Shown: positions 23,063 to 34,225, counted from the whole stretch's first letter. The stretch: DNA of 63,117 nt, filler included, from Asterionella formosa (GCA_002256025.1; 9 parts of 9 records of this genome joined end to end with filler, not necessarily neighbours in it), one strand, 5' to 3'. Notes: generated from the letters alone by a model not told the origin. A program made the numbers and translations.

Positions 23063-25674
23063 AGATATTTTAGCTCTGCTGAGGAGAAATTCGTCATTAA
23101 CAAAGGTGAGCAACAATATTATGATTATTCTATTGCTGTCATGCCTGGAAGGTCCAGTAATCAGTGCATTGCTCGCACGTTAAACTAAAATATTCATGTA
23201 GTAGCAGTTTCCACCTACTTCGTTGGTTATCCGACCGGCTCACCGATTCCAAAATGATTCAAAGTATTACCATGTATATATATTACCTGTAACCGTTAAA
23301 AAGTTTCAATCTGAAAGCGCTGCAAACTTTCACATCAGAATCGCTGAATACCAACTTCAAGCTGCTGACTGTGGACTTTATTTCGCTAACTGCTAACTAG
23401 ATTTGCTGAAAATTTGAAATATGCACTGACTGTTTTCTTCATTTGCTGACTACCGACATGAAATCGCTGACTGCTATCTTCAACTTGCTGACTTCAAGCA
23501 ACATACTGGTTAGGAAGAAACCAGCTATACGAAAAATTATTTTTCATATTTGAATCACAATGGAAACGCATCTTCTCGTTGTGTTCTCAGTTGCTATATG
23601 CGTTCTTGCAGCGCCAGGGGCGCCACTCCTACGGTCAATCTAGTACTTGCGCCACCCAGCCTTGAACACATGTATACTCACAGGCAAGAGACCACCTGGG
23701 GCGTGTATTGCCTTCAGCAAGTAGCCGCCGCGAAGGGTATTGTTGAGGAAATTCACAAACTAGCTATTGTCACGTCATTTGCGTACCTACTGCCCACAAA
23801 TAAAGCATAAATGTCAATTTTACTTTACTGTTGCCCAACATATTAAATATATTTTAGATATTTCCTATATTTTCATCAAGAATTGCCAAAGGTCAGTTAT
23901 TTCCCATCATTAAAATATATTTTGTGTATTTCCTTTTTTGGCATTTTGGCAAGAAAACTGACGCCAATCGCCCCTAGGTTTTCCAGCCCTGGGATTGCCG
24001 AAATCGGCAAGGGGTCTACCTGTTAGCTAAGGATGCAATTTTATATACTCTACAGATTTGATAATATATATATAGTATTCACCTCGATTTTGTTCATCGC
24101 CTGAAAAGTGGACTCCGGCAATTGACCTTTCACCCTGACAATCATCATCCATCATGCCCAGTCTGAATCGAAATGAGTTCATTGATGACGCCAGTAGCGA
24201 TTTTTTGTCTATCGGATGCAGCTGGTTGTTGGGTTGCTTGTCTTCTCAAGAGATTCATGTAGTCACATCGTCTGTATTTTGTTGGACGAACGATGATGTC
24301 GGTTCGTATATCTGATGTTGGTGGCAAGTATTTGCTCGTCCGGTCATGCATGTGATGATGCTTAATGGATATTCTAGTCATGTAGCCTACATACATACGT
24401 AGTACTCAAAACAACCAGGCATGGTTTAAGCTAAACTCTAACGCTTCTTTATGCTTTCTACTGGGTATTATCTTTTCGAGACCAGAATGTGAAGTTATGA
24501 TAACATTCACATATTCATTGATTTTACTTAGCGTAAGCCCGATTTCGTCCTCACAATTATCTTTCTCACTCTATCCTGCCTGCCGTTGCTCTCAGTTTGG
24601 GATTACAACAGGGACCATTCGACTTTCTTTTGATAACATCATATGGTGCTTGTTACTAAGCTAGTAGTTAGAGCGGATTGGTAAGTACAACAGTGAAACA
24701 CTGAATGTGGAATGTAGATACTATTTGTTGAATTTCCTAGTATTTGGTTGCTTCCATGGTCTGTTTTGATTGCTTTCATGGTTGTTTGTCAGTTGGCAAT
24801 GTCATTATCGTTCTCTTTTGTCTATCTACTCAAGGGCTGATGTATGCTGTATCAATGCCTACTCTTTGAAGATGTATTGTTATTCTTATTTGTTGATTTG
24901 TATAGTTGTTGACCATGATGTCAATATTCCCACAAAGCAAGAATGCTTTTCTTGCACTAATGTGCTGTGCTACCTTTCTACTACATGTTCGTATCACAAG
25001 CTTTATATCAATACATAGCTAGAGGGAGTCGATAGTGGAGCAGCCTGGAAATCACACTTGCTCAGAATCGAATGGAATGGAATGATCAGGGTTGTTTGGT
25101 GGGAGGAATGACTGTCGGTGAAGGAGTGCAGCTACCAGTGCTTGTGACAGGCTACAGCTATTTGCATGTTTGAAGCAACAAGATCATCTACGCTACATAA
25201 CGATGCAGATCTCAGTTGGGTTCAGCTTTTTCCGTCTTTCTGTATTATTTCGCTTTTCAATTGTGTGATGGAAAAGTTAATACCTTTGTAAGTACTACAA
25301 TGCATGTGTCTCAACTGAAACTCCTCTTTTTTGCTTCGTTTCTAACCAAAAAACAGAACTTTTTCTATTTCTCGTTTGATGCTACTTATTACATTGCATG
25401 TCTTTCTTTGGTTGCTCCAAGCATCATGTTCAATTTTCATTTAAAATCTATGTTACAATCATTCTCGTGTGTTATACGCTTGTTTTACCATTTCTATGTA
25501 TTTTACCGTTAATCTGGCTGTAATGCTAAAATAAGCATTTTCTACTATGCCGTAAAATTCGATGTGCTCCATATTGCCCGTAAATAGAAATTACTCAAGA
25601 AATTACTTTAAGCCTAAAAATTACTTCGAAGTAACCGAATGGCAAGATGACAGCTGGAGCGGGAATTGCCTTCT

Positions 25675-25774
25675 NNNNNNNNNNNNNNNNNNNNNNNNNN
25701 NNNNNNNNNNNNNNNNNNTTAATTAATTAANNNNNNNNNNNNNNNNNNNNNNNNNNNNNNNNNNNNNNNNNNNN
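25675..25774. other. Artificial contig linker N44-TTAATTAATTAA-N44 (also 27343-27442, 29011-29110, 54778-54877, 56453-56552, 58120-58219, 59786-59885, 61452-61551)
   Basis: Eight identical 100-bp spacers with stop codons in all six frames. Confidence 0.98.
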
Positions 25775-27342
25775 GGATGGCATATTGAGTCATACACTTC
25801 ACGAAAAGCCAACCTTGTCGGGTTTGATGCAAAATCTTCCCGTAAAACTGGAATGCCCATTGTCAGTGCGGTAACAGTAGTGGAGACACAAGGGAATAAA
25901 TACCTTCTCCGTGTACATGAAGCTGTGTATAATCAAGGCAGTCCTACCACCCTCCTCTCAGAGTTTCAGTTACGAGAACATGACTGCATTGTTGATTCTA
26001 TTTCCACTAAGCACCCAACAAGCATACCAGGCAGGAAAGGAGGACAGTGTTTTCTTCCCCGTCCTCATGTCTACATCCCTTTTATCATTAATGGAGGTCT
26101 TATGACATTCAGACACCGGTTACCAACAGAACAAGAATTAACATCATTGCCACCTATCGATATCACAGCAGACTTCCCTTGGGATCCTAACTCACACTAC
26201 AGTGACCAATGCTTATCATTGCTGCCATTACAGCAAGATATATCAGTCCAGGTACATAACATTGTACACATGAAAGACGATAAACTCTGCACCTCACCAT
26301 ATGTACTCTTGGACTCTACCCTCGATACATACAAGAACCCTTTGGGCTTGGTATTAAACCCAAATCTTGCAGCTGAGAAACCTAACAAAATGTGCCATGC
26401 TCTCCTTACTACTCGCATAGTCAATCCAAACATTGATGCCCTCAGACCATACCTAGGATTCCAATCAACTGAGGTCATTTCCCATACCTTGGCCAACACA
26501 ACACAATTGGCTAAAGCTATATACCGGTATCCCCTTCGACGCCACATTAAATCCCGCTTTCCTCAAGCTAATCGACCACGCCTCAAAGAGAAGGTAGCAA
26601 CTGATACATTCTTTGCCAACTGCCGCGACATTACTGGTGCTACTTGTGCACAGGTTTTTTATGGAATCACTTCCCACGTTATCAATGTATATGGTATGCC
26701 TTCCGAAAACGGTGCCCCCGATGCGTACAACGATTTCCTGCGGCATGAAGGTTGCCCCACCATCTTACGTCGAGATAATTCACGTGTCCAATCTGGCTTA
26801 CGGTTCCAACAACTCAACCGTTTGTATCTGATTGGGGATGAATATACGGAGCCATACCATCCACAGCAGAACATGGCTGAGTTACGGGCAGTTAAATGGT
26901 TGAAGCAACACACCCAATTGCTACTTGATCGAACAGGAGCACCTCCTATGCTTTGGTTGCTAGCATCACAGTACCTTGCTGCTTTACACAACCATAGTGC
27001 TGATGAGACCCTCAATTGGGCGATTCCCCTCACACTACGTCATGGAGACACCCCTGATATCTCAAAATTCTTACACTTCCAGTTTTATGAGAAAGTGTAT
27101 TACTTAGACTACCAAGAGGTATATCCAGATACTAAAGAAAAGCCTGGGTACTGGGTTGGAATTACAGACAATGTGGGGGACATCCTGACCTACAAAATCC
27201 TCACTGACCATACACAACAAGTGCTACACCGCAGTGTTGTCCGACCATGTGACCCGGCCCACCCCAATCACCGCATACAGTTTAATCCCATGAACAATCC
27301 TGCGGTAGCCAACACAACTCCTCTTGCCCCCTTACCTGCTTT
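25775..27342 (+). mobile_element. Ty1/Copia (CoDi-like) pol fragment containing the integrase
   Basis: One open frame spans the whole contig: PLRRHIKSRFP, VATDTFF, LRRDNS, TEPYHPQQNMAE, GDTPDISKFL, FYEKVYY, GYWVGITDNVGDILTYKIL. Confidence 0.85.
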
Positions 27343-27442
27343 NNNNNNNNNNNNNNNNNNNNNNNNNNNNNNNNNNNNNNNNNNNNTTAATTAATTAANN
27401 NNNNNNNNNNNNNNNNNNNNNNNNNNNNNNNNNNNNNNNNNN

Positions 27443-28174
27443 TTTGCCGTGCACCCTGACATGAAGAGCCACACCGGTGGCGTGATGTCTTTTGGAACTG
27501 GAGGCATCATATGCAAGTCGACCAAGCAGAAATTGAACACAAAGAGTTCGACGGAGGCTGAATTTGTGGGCGCCAGCGATTATCTCCCGAACACGCTGTG
27601 GGTAAAAATGTTTCTTGAAGCACAGGGATACAAGATTCAAGAAAGTTTCTTCGAACAAGACAACGAGAGCGCAAATAAACTCGAGAAGAACGGACGAATT
27701 TCGGCAGGGCCAAAGTCTCGGCATATCAACATCCGCTATTTCTGGATTAAGGATCGATCGGTAGATGAAGGAATCACCATTCGCCATTGTCCAACGTTGG
27801 AAATGTTGGGGGATTTCTTTACGAAACCACTGCAAGGAAACCTGTTCAGAACATTCCGAAATGTGCTTCTAGGAGCTGCGCACGTCGATACCCTGACTGC
27901 CAGTTCCCTGGCAACAGCCGAGGAGCGTGTTGAAAAAATTCGAGCTGACTGCCACAGGACAGGCGTGAAGGGTATAGTAGACACGAGAGAGTACAGTACT
28001 ACAGTTAAAACCGTACAGCCGCTACCAAGAGTTACCTGGGCTGACGTGGTAAAAGGCACCACGCAAGGAAAAGCAATCAGAGGTCAAGAAAAAATGTTAA
28101 AATGCAGTGTGAGTAATAAGAGTGTTTCGAGACCATTATCTCGAAACAATCCAGTTAGTAAAGTGAAAGTTTAA
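27443..28174 (+). CDS. Ty1/Copia RNase H C-terminus (partial pol)
   Basis: HPDMKSHTGG, KQKLNTKSSTEAE, EQDNES, KSRHINIRYFWIKD, MLGDFFTKPLQG. Confidence 0.92.
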   Translation, partial: FAVHPDMKSHTGGVMSFGTGGIICKSTKQKLNTKSSTEAEFVGASDYLPNTLWVKMFLEAQGYKIQESFFEQDNESANKLEKNGRISAGPKSRHINIRYFWIKDRSVDEGITIRHCPTLEMLGDFFTKPLQGNLFRTFRNVLLGAAHVDTLTASSLATAEERVEKIRADCHRTGVKGIVDTREYSTTVKTVQPLPRVTWADVVKGTTQGKAIRGQEKMLKCSVSNKSVSRPLSRNNPVSKVKV

Positions 28175-28279
28175 GTTTGACAACTTCTTCGTTGCTATCA
28201 ATTTCATCAACTGTATTCGATTAACACAGTACTAGGTTCAAGGCCTACAATACGGTCGAATACGGTAGTTGTTACAACA
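27928..28279 (+). repeat. 3' LTR of the Copia element (352 bp)
   Basis: Purine tract GAGGAGCG lies immediately before TGTTG (27928); the LTR ends CAACA (28279), forming the terminal inverted pentamer. Confidence 0.75.
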
Positions 28280-28893
28280 ATGAGGGCTAGTTGGAAAAAA
28301 ATATTGTTGCGAACTCACATAATTATTGGTTTGATCACATAATTATTAGATAAGTAGAATAAATTTTGTTTTAGAACACATAAATTTTGGTTTGACCCAA
28401 ATAAATTCCCAAAAAAGTAGCATAATATTTTAGAAAAGTAGCATAAATACGTCACTTTAGACATAAATTTGAAAAAGTGCCGTAAACGGCGTCTTAGATG
28501 TTGGACTTGGGAAACAGCGAGGAAGGTTGTATCCCGCCGTATAAAACGGTTTCGAATAAGAGGAGTTGGAACGAAGAGATGTGACAAGAACTGACCTGAC
28601 ACTTCTGTCCGACTTGGTCGATGGATTTCTCCCGCCTATTTGTGACTTCCTGCGAAACACAACAAAACTTGCCACAACGACGAATCAAACGGGTTTCGAA
28701 TATGAGGAGTGGTTGGAACAAAGAGACTTGTCATAAACATGACACTTCTGTCCGACTCGGTCGATGGAGCAAAAGAAACGACACCAGCGTCCGGTTATTT
28801 GCAAATGGCTGTACTTGATTAAAAACAAATAACCATTTTGTTAGTAACTATTTATGAGTAAATAAAAATTCTTACTTCCATCTTTCCCCATAG

Positions 28894-29010
28894 GAATCAA
28901 GCAAAAACGAAAGTGTTCCTGACGAGGAATGCTGTGTTGTCGATCCGGAAAGTGGGGAACTCATTCGTCTCACAGTAGCCGAAAAGGAGCGTATCTTTCT
29001 GGACGCGCTT
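28894..29010 (+). CDS. PGRL1: Fragment of a PGR5-like 1 (PGRL1)-type thylakoid protein
   Basis: Hand translation ESSKNESVPDEECCVVDPESGELIRLTVAEKERIFLDAL, cut by the contig end. It resembles the PGRL1 motif (L)TxxEKExxFLxAL that precedes xYY. It is preceded by a pyrimidine tract and AG. Confidence 0.55.
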
Positions 29011-29112
29011 NNNNNNNNNNNNNNNNNNNNNNNNNNNNNNNNNNNNNNNNNNNNTTAATTAATTAANNNNNNNNNNNNNNNNNNNNNNNNNNNNNNNNNN
29101 NNNNNNNNNNCT

Positions 29113-32100
29113 TCTTCATTCTCTACTGCATCGCGAGCATTTCAATCATCGTTACGCCGAAATCGCCTGTATCCACGGCCCTCGCCGTTATCATTCTGCG
29201 TCGCAGCTGTCGGCGGCAAATTTCGATCATTCTTTGTGGCGGCAGGCGAAACCGAATCTTCGCATCCCTCGCTTAGACCCTTGACACGTCCCTTTGAAGT
29301 GACAGCTCCCTATGAACCAACCGGTGACCAACCAGAAGCGATTCGACAACTCATTCAGCAGCTGGAGGAGGGGGACAAATTCTCAACCTTGCGCGGGATC
29401 ACTGGAACTGGCAAAACGTTTGTCATGTCACATGTTATTTGTCACGCAAACAAGCCGACACTGGTGCTATGTCACAACAAAACATTGGCAGCCCAATTGG
29501 CAAGAGAACTTCGTAGCTTTCTCAAGAAGAATGCGGTCGAGTTGTTTGTTAGTTACTACAACTACTTTAAGCCAGAAGCGTTTCTTGAAACTACTGGGAA
29601 ATATTTTGGCAAAAAGTCGTCGGTCAATGAAGAAATTGACGCATTGAGACATCGCGCAACCAGGGCTTTACTTGAGAGGCGAGATGTCGTAATAGTCGCC
29701 AGTGTATCGTGTATATATGGACTAGGACTGCCGGCAGAATATCTCGCAGCGTCAACGATCATGACTGTTGGCGATACTATGCGCTCACTTGATCTGATTG
29801 CAAATTTGGAAAAAATGCTATACACACGACCTGAGGATCCAGGCGAGATGCTCCGTGGGAACTATCAACTTGCTGCCGGACCAGCAGGTCACGTTCTGTC
29901 GATCTGGCCGCCACAAGAAAGATTTCCTCTATCCGTTCGATTCAACGGCGTAGGGGACACAGTGCAAGTATCATCCATAGATGGAATCGACTTCGAAGAA
30001 GAAAAATTTACTGCGTCTTCAATTCGTATTTTCCCTGCTAAACATCATGTTTTTAATGAAGACATACGAGAAGAAGCTTGTCTAGCCATTGAAGCCGAAA
30101 TGCGAGATCGAGTCCAAGAGTTGAACTTCCTAAAGATGGAGGAGCAATCTAAGAGGTTACAGATGGGCGTATCAAATGATTTAATCCTGCTAAGAGAAAC
30201 TGGATTTTGTAACGGAGCTGAAAATTACTCACGACATTTCTCCAAACGAGCGGCAGGAGAAGCTCCTGATACCCTGATCGACTATTTAAAAATGTCTGCA
30301 GATGGAGACTGGTTGCTCATCGTGGATGAGTCGCACGTGACCTTACCACAGCTTAAGACCATGTACCGAGGCGATCGATCAAGGAAAGAGATGTTAGTGA
30401 AGCATGGATTTCGCCTGCCATCAGCAATGGACAATCGACCACTACAAGAGGAGGAATTTTGGAAGCAAGTTGGTCAGGCTGTCTTCGTTTCAGCGACACC
30501 TGCAAATTACGAACTTGAGAAGAGTCAGCGACCTCCAGTCGAAATGGTGATCCGTCCAACATTTATTTGCGACCCGGAGATTGATATTAGACCTTCGCGA
30601 GGTCAGCTTGCTGATTTGGTGAATGAAATCAAGAAAAGAGCTAGCCGAAATGAAAGAACGTTGGCTATGGCCATCTCCAAGAGGGACGCAGAGGATCTTG
30701 CGACTTTCTTGGGTAAGGAGGGGGTCTTGGCTACGTTTATTCACTGTGATCTAACAACACACGAACGTTCTAATGCAATCAGATCACTCCAAAATGGTGA
30801 AGTGGATTGCCTTGTTGGGATTAATTTGCTGCGAGAAGGTTTAGATCTTCCTCAAGTCTCTCTCGTTGCCATCCTCAACGCCGATTCTGCAGGCTTGTTT
30901 CGCTCTCACACCGCTTTGCTTCAAACTATTGGGAGAGCAGCGAGAAATTCGAACGGAGCTGCAATATTTTATGCGGACAGAATAACTGATAGCATGCAGA
31001 AAACTATTGAGGATACCAAGCGACGACGGGAGAAGCAGTTGGCATACAATGAAGCTATTGGATGCAAGCCAATATCGACGGAAGGCTCAACAATGATGTC
31101 AATCTTTGATTTACTACGAGACGAAATCAAAGATCAACGAGAGCAGACTGAGGCTTTCGACCGCTCCGATGGCTCGACGAAATCTCGAAAATGTCTACAA
31201 GAAACAGAAAGGGTTGAAGTTCCTCTACCACTGACCGCTGACAGGATCTCCGTCGTTACTGGTAATTTACCCTCAAAACCTGGTGTCTACTTTTGGAAGG
31301 ATGGACAAGGCAACATTCTGTACATTGGTAAAGCAAAAAAACTTCGAAATCGTGTCCAATCATACCTATCACCGAATGCCAAGCACAGCTCTAGGATCAA
31401 GACAATGATTGCTAAATCTACCACCCTTGACTTTGTTCTTACACCAAGCGTTCGCGATGCGTTGATTTTAGAGTCAAATCTTATCAAGCACCATCAACCC
31501 CTTTACAACGTGCTTCTCAAAGATGATGAGACTTATCCATATATTTGTGCATCCATAGGAGATAAATTTCCTCGCTTCTTTTCATCTCCAAGAAGGCAAA
31601 CTGGAGAGAAAGCTTCGAAATATAGATACTTTGGTCCATATCCTCACTTCCAGGAGATAAATGCACTTCTGGGAGAAATCGAAGAAACTTACAGCCTTCG
31701 AGCAAAGTCGTTTGCAGCCCGTCACGGTGACTGTACCCAGACAGAGTACGCAGAGATGTTTAATCTAGCAATGGTTGAGGTATTCGAAGCGGGTGCTAAC
31801 AACAGTCAATTAGTGGAGATGCGTTCTGAATACGAAGAGGCCAATTTACTCTTTACTAGTGCCGATAACAAGTGTCGAGATGTTGTTGCAATTGGACATG
31901 CCGAAAACGATGAAAACAATTTGTTGGTTCATGTGGTACAAATGCGAGAGGGTTTGGTGGCTGGTCGCTTTTCCTACTCCTGCGAGCTCCAGTCAGGCTT
32001 TTCGACAGAAGAGGACATGTCTGCCGTGATTCAAGCCGTCCTTGAACGACAGCACTATCCTTCGGGAGAAGAAAGCGGTGGATGTAAATTTACTTTCTTT

Positions 32101-33021
32101 CCGGATGAGATCTTGTCACAGTTCCCAATCGAAAACGAAAACGAACTTAAGAAGGCTGTCAAGATAGCAAGAACCAAAGTGGAACCCAACAGTAGCGCCA
32201 ATCTGAAGATTCGAAATCCGGCAACTCGGGGTCCAAGAAAAGAAACCGATGCTCGGGCATTGGAATTCGCATTGGGCAATGCAAACCAAGCAGCTCTGGA
32301 GTGGCAGCAAAGTACGGTCGTGGGCGCAACGAGGTCTTCAATTGATGGCACTGCCATGTCGGAACTCGTATCCATGCTTTGTTTGGAAAAACCTCCACGT
32401 AGAATTGAGTGTTATGATATCAGCCATACCCAGGGAGAGGTTGCTGTTGGTTCACGGGTGGTTTTTATCGATGGGAAGCCTTCCCCTATGCTTTACAGGA
32501 AGTTCAATATCAAGACCGTTGAAGGGAACAACGACTATGCAAGCCTCGAAGAAGTCCTCGAACGACGTTTTCATCACGTCTGGGAACATGAAAGAGGCGA
32601 GCTAGTCCACCAAGATGACCCATGGGCTCTCCCTGACCTTGTTGTTATTGATGGAGGGGTTGGTCAGCTCGGAGCGGCCATCAAGGGCATGACAAAGGCC
32701 GGCGTGTTTCCTCCAGCATTGCCGTATTTGGGATATCACGTGCCCTCAAAAGTGAAGGAAGAAGATATTTTGGAGGAAGAAATCATACTTAAGTTTGAGA
32801 ACAACACCCATGTCATGATCTCATCTCAATGCACTCATGTTCCCATTTGCGCTTTGGCGAAATCAAAAGAAGAAATATTTGTCCCTGGTCATAGCATCCC
32901 TGTGAATAATTCCCCCGACTCGCCAGGGCTACTTCTACTGAGGTCCTTGCGAGACGAAAGTCATCGATTTGCATTGGATGCCCATCGAAAACGGCGAAGT
33001 CTTAAATCCAAGGAGGTTTAA
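29113..33021 (+). CDS. uvrB-uvrC: UvrB-UvrC fusion protein (excinuclease helicase + GIY-YIG + RNase H-like nuclease), 5'-truncated, probable plastid targeting
   Basis: UvrB part: PTGDQPEAI, GITGTGKT, HNKTLAAQL, FVSYYNYFKPEAF, VASVSCIYGLG, DESH, GFRLPSAMDNRPL, VSATP, GINLLREGLDLP, QTIGRAARN. UvrC part: LPSKPGVY..ILYIGKAKKLRNRVQSY, PLYNVLLKDDETYPY, RIECYDISH, NDYASLEEV, PDLVVIDGG, LRDESHRFA. The frame is open back to the contig start (SSFSTASRAFQSSLRRNR...). Confidence 0.93.
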   Translation, partial: SSFSTASRAFQSSLRRNRLYPRPSPLSFCVAAVGGKFRSFFVAAGETESSHPSLRPLTRPFEVTAPYEPTGDQPEAIRQLIQQLEEGDKFSTLRGITGTGKTFVMSHVICHANKPTLVLCHNKTLAAQLARELRSFLKKNAVELFVSYYNYFKPEAFLETTGKYFGKKSSVNEEIDALRHRATRALLERRDVVIVASVSCIYGLGLPAEYLAASTIMTVGDTMRSLDLIANLEKMLYTRPEDPGEMLRGNYQLAAGPAGHVLSIWPPQERFPLSVRFNGVGDTVQVSSIDGIDFEEEKFTASSIRIFPAKHHVFNEDIREEACLAIEAEMRDRVQELNFLKMEEQSKRLQMGVSNDLILLRETGFCNGAENYSRHFSKRAAGEAPDTLIDYLKMSADGDWLLIVDESHVTLPQLKTMYRGDRSRKEMLVKHGFRLPSAMDNRPLQEEEFWKQVGQAVFVSATPANYELEKSQRPPVEMVIRPTFICDPEIDIRPSRGQLADLVNEIKKRASRNERTLAMAISKRDAEDLATFLGKEGVLATFIHCDLTTHERSNAIRSLQNGEVDCLVGINLLREGLDLPQVSLVAILNADSAGLFRSHTALLQTIGRAARNSNGAAIFYADRITDSMQKTIEDTKRRREKQLAYNEAIGCKPISTEGSTMMSIFDLLRDEIKDQREQTEAFDRSDGSTKSRKCLQETERVEVPLPLTADRISVVTGNLPSKPGVYFWKDGQGNILYIGKAKKLRNRVQSYLSPNAKHSSRIKTMIAKSTTLDFVLTPSVRDALILESNLIKHHQPLYNVLLKDDETYPYICASIGDKFPRFFSSPRRQTGEKASKYRYFGPYPHFQEINALLGEIEETYSLRAKSFAARHGDCTQTEYAEMFNLAMVEVFEAGANNSQLVEMRSEYEEANLLFTSADNKCRDVVAIGHAENDENNLLVHVVQMREGLVAGRFSYSCELQSGFSTEEDMSAVIQAVLERQHYPSGEESGGCKFTFFPDEILSQFPIENENELKKAVKIARTKVEPNSSANLKIRNPATRGPRKETDARALEFALGNANQAALEWQQSTVVGATRSSIDGTAMSELVSMLCLEKPPRRIECYDISHTQGEVAVGSRVVFIDGKPSPMLYRKFNIKTVEGNNDYASLEEVLERRFHHVWEHERGELVHQDDPWALPDLVVIDGGVGQLGAAIKGMTKAGVFPPALPYLGYHVPSKVKEEDILEEEIILKFENNTHVMISSQCTHVPICALAKSKEEIFVPGHSIPVNNSPDSPGLLLLRSLRDESHRFALDAHRKRRSLKSKEV

Positions 33022-34225
33022 CCTTCCTAAATGAGCCTCACCAGCCACTGTTCGAGTGCCCTAAATTTTGACTTTCAATCCAACATTTCCAAGTAGATTT
33101 CACATCGGAACTTGCCACAGAATAGTTAATAGTAAGAACCTAACCCACATGAAGCACTTCACATGAACATATTAGGTAAAGATGCCAGGGCATTGACAAC
33201 ATTTTTTTCATTCTGACTGACAAATTGTATACTAATCCTCTATTTTCATCCCATTTTTGACTCCAGCAAAAATTGTGGGGCATTTTAAAATTGTAATGCT
33301 GCAAGAAGAATGGGACTCATGGGCCATAAGCATTTCTTCAGCATCGTCCCTGTAGCTGTGAGAGTGATGCCTGAAATTGCTTACAATGAGTTCCCTATTT
33401 TTCAGAAAGTTATTTTACTTTTTCATTATGTCATCATGGTAGGCAGTCATTTCATGTCAGAAGGGGGACCCAAAAATTGCTTGATAATTAAAATGAAAAT
33501 AGTTAACTATAGGAAGATATTAGGATGCTAAATTTATATTGCACCCTTGAGATGACATTTGAAGTGTTGGTGTTCCCTCTATTGTATTTTGGCACCGAGA
33601 ATGCATGGATAAAACCAATCCATCTTGTTTGTCTCAGCATACACATGAAGATTGTTGCGGGATAGAAATGGAACAAAAATTCTTCTGAAGGAGGAATCCA
33701 AAATATCCAATGAGTGAAGATTCGAATCATCATATTATTAGCATGGTGTAATTACTCAGTATATTCCAGATAGAAAAGGGACACATTTAGATTGTCAATC
33801 AATTGATATCTGATCATCACACTGGTGGTCATCCACAGCTACTATGTATTTATGTAATAACATTTGAGGTGCAAACCTGAGCTACCAAATTTGGGCAACA
33901 CAAACACAAATTTTTGGGCTATTAGTACAACAATTTGTGTTATAAAAGACACTAAGATATAATTTTGGCACGCTCTGCCTGATAATACAAAATTTTTATT
34001 TCATGTATGTATTAAATCAAAAATTGTTTTGGCGATTTGATACATAATGTCGTCATTACGGTTTGATAATCGAGATATTTTTATATTACTTATCTGACAT
34101 AAAGTATATATTTAACTATAATTGTTAACAGTGAAATTTTCGTATGATTGCATCCTCATCTATGCTATCCTACCTGTTCATTGTATGCAGGAGTTCTATA
34201 TATTCATCATCATCAGTTGCCGACA

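Noticed and set aside
23340..23495. Clustered GCTGACT-like motifs
   Set aside because: Possibly TE subterminal repeats, but too short and degenerate to assign without matching ends.
23995..24010. Hairpin TTGCCGA-AA-TCGGCAA as a Helitron 3' end
   Set aside because: No clear CTRR terminus at the expected distance and no other Helitron evidence.
24021..24610. Possible solo LTR (TGTTAG ... TACAACA)
   Set aside because: The flanks CTACC and GGGAC do not form a TSD and there is no second copy in the window.
29113..33021. Bacterial contaminant origin for the uvrB-uvrC ORF
   Set aside because: The same contig carries eukaryotic-type signal-peptide genes, Harbinger relics and the same GGTACC intergenic motifs as contig 1, and there is no operon structure.
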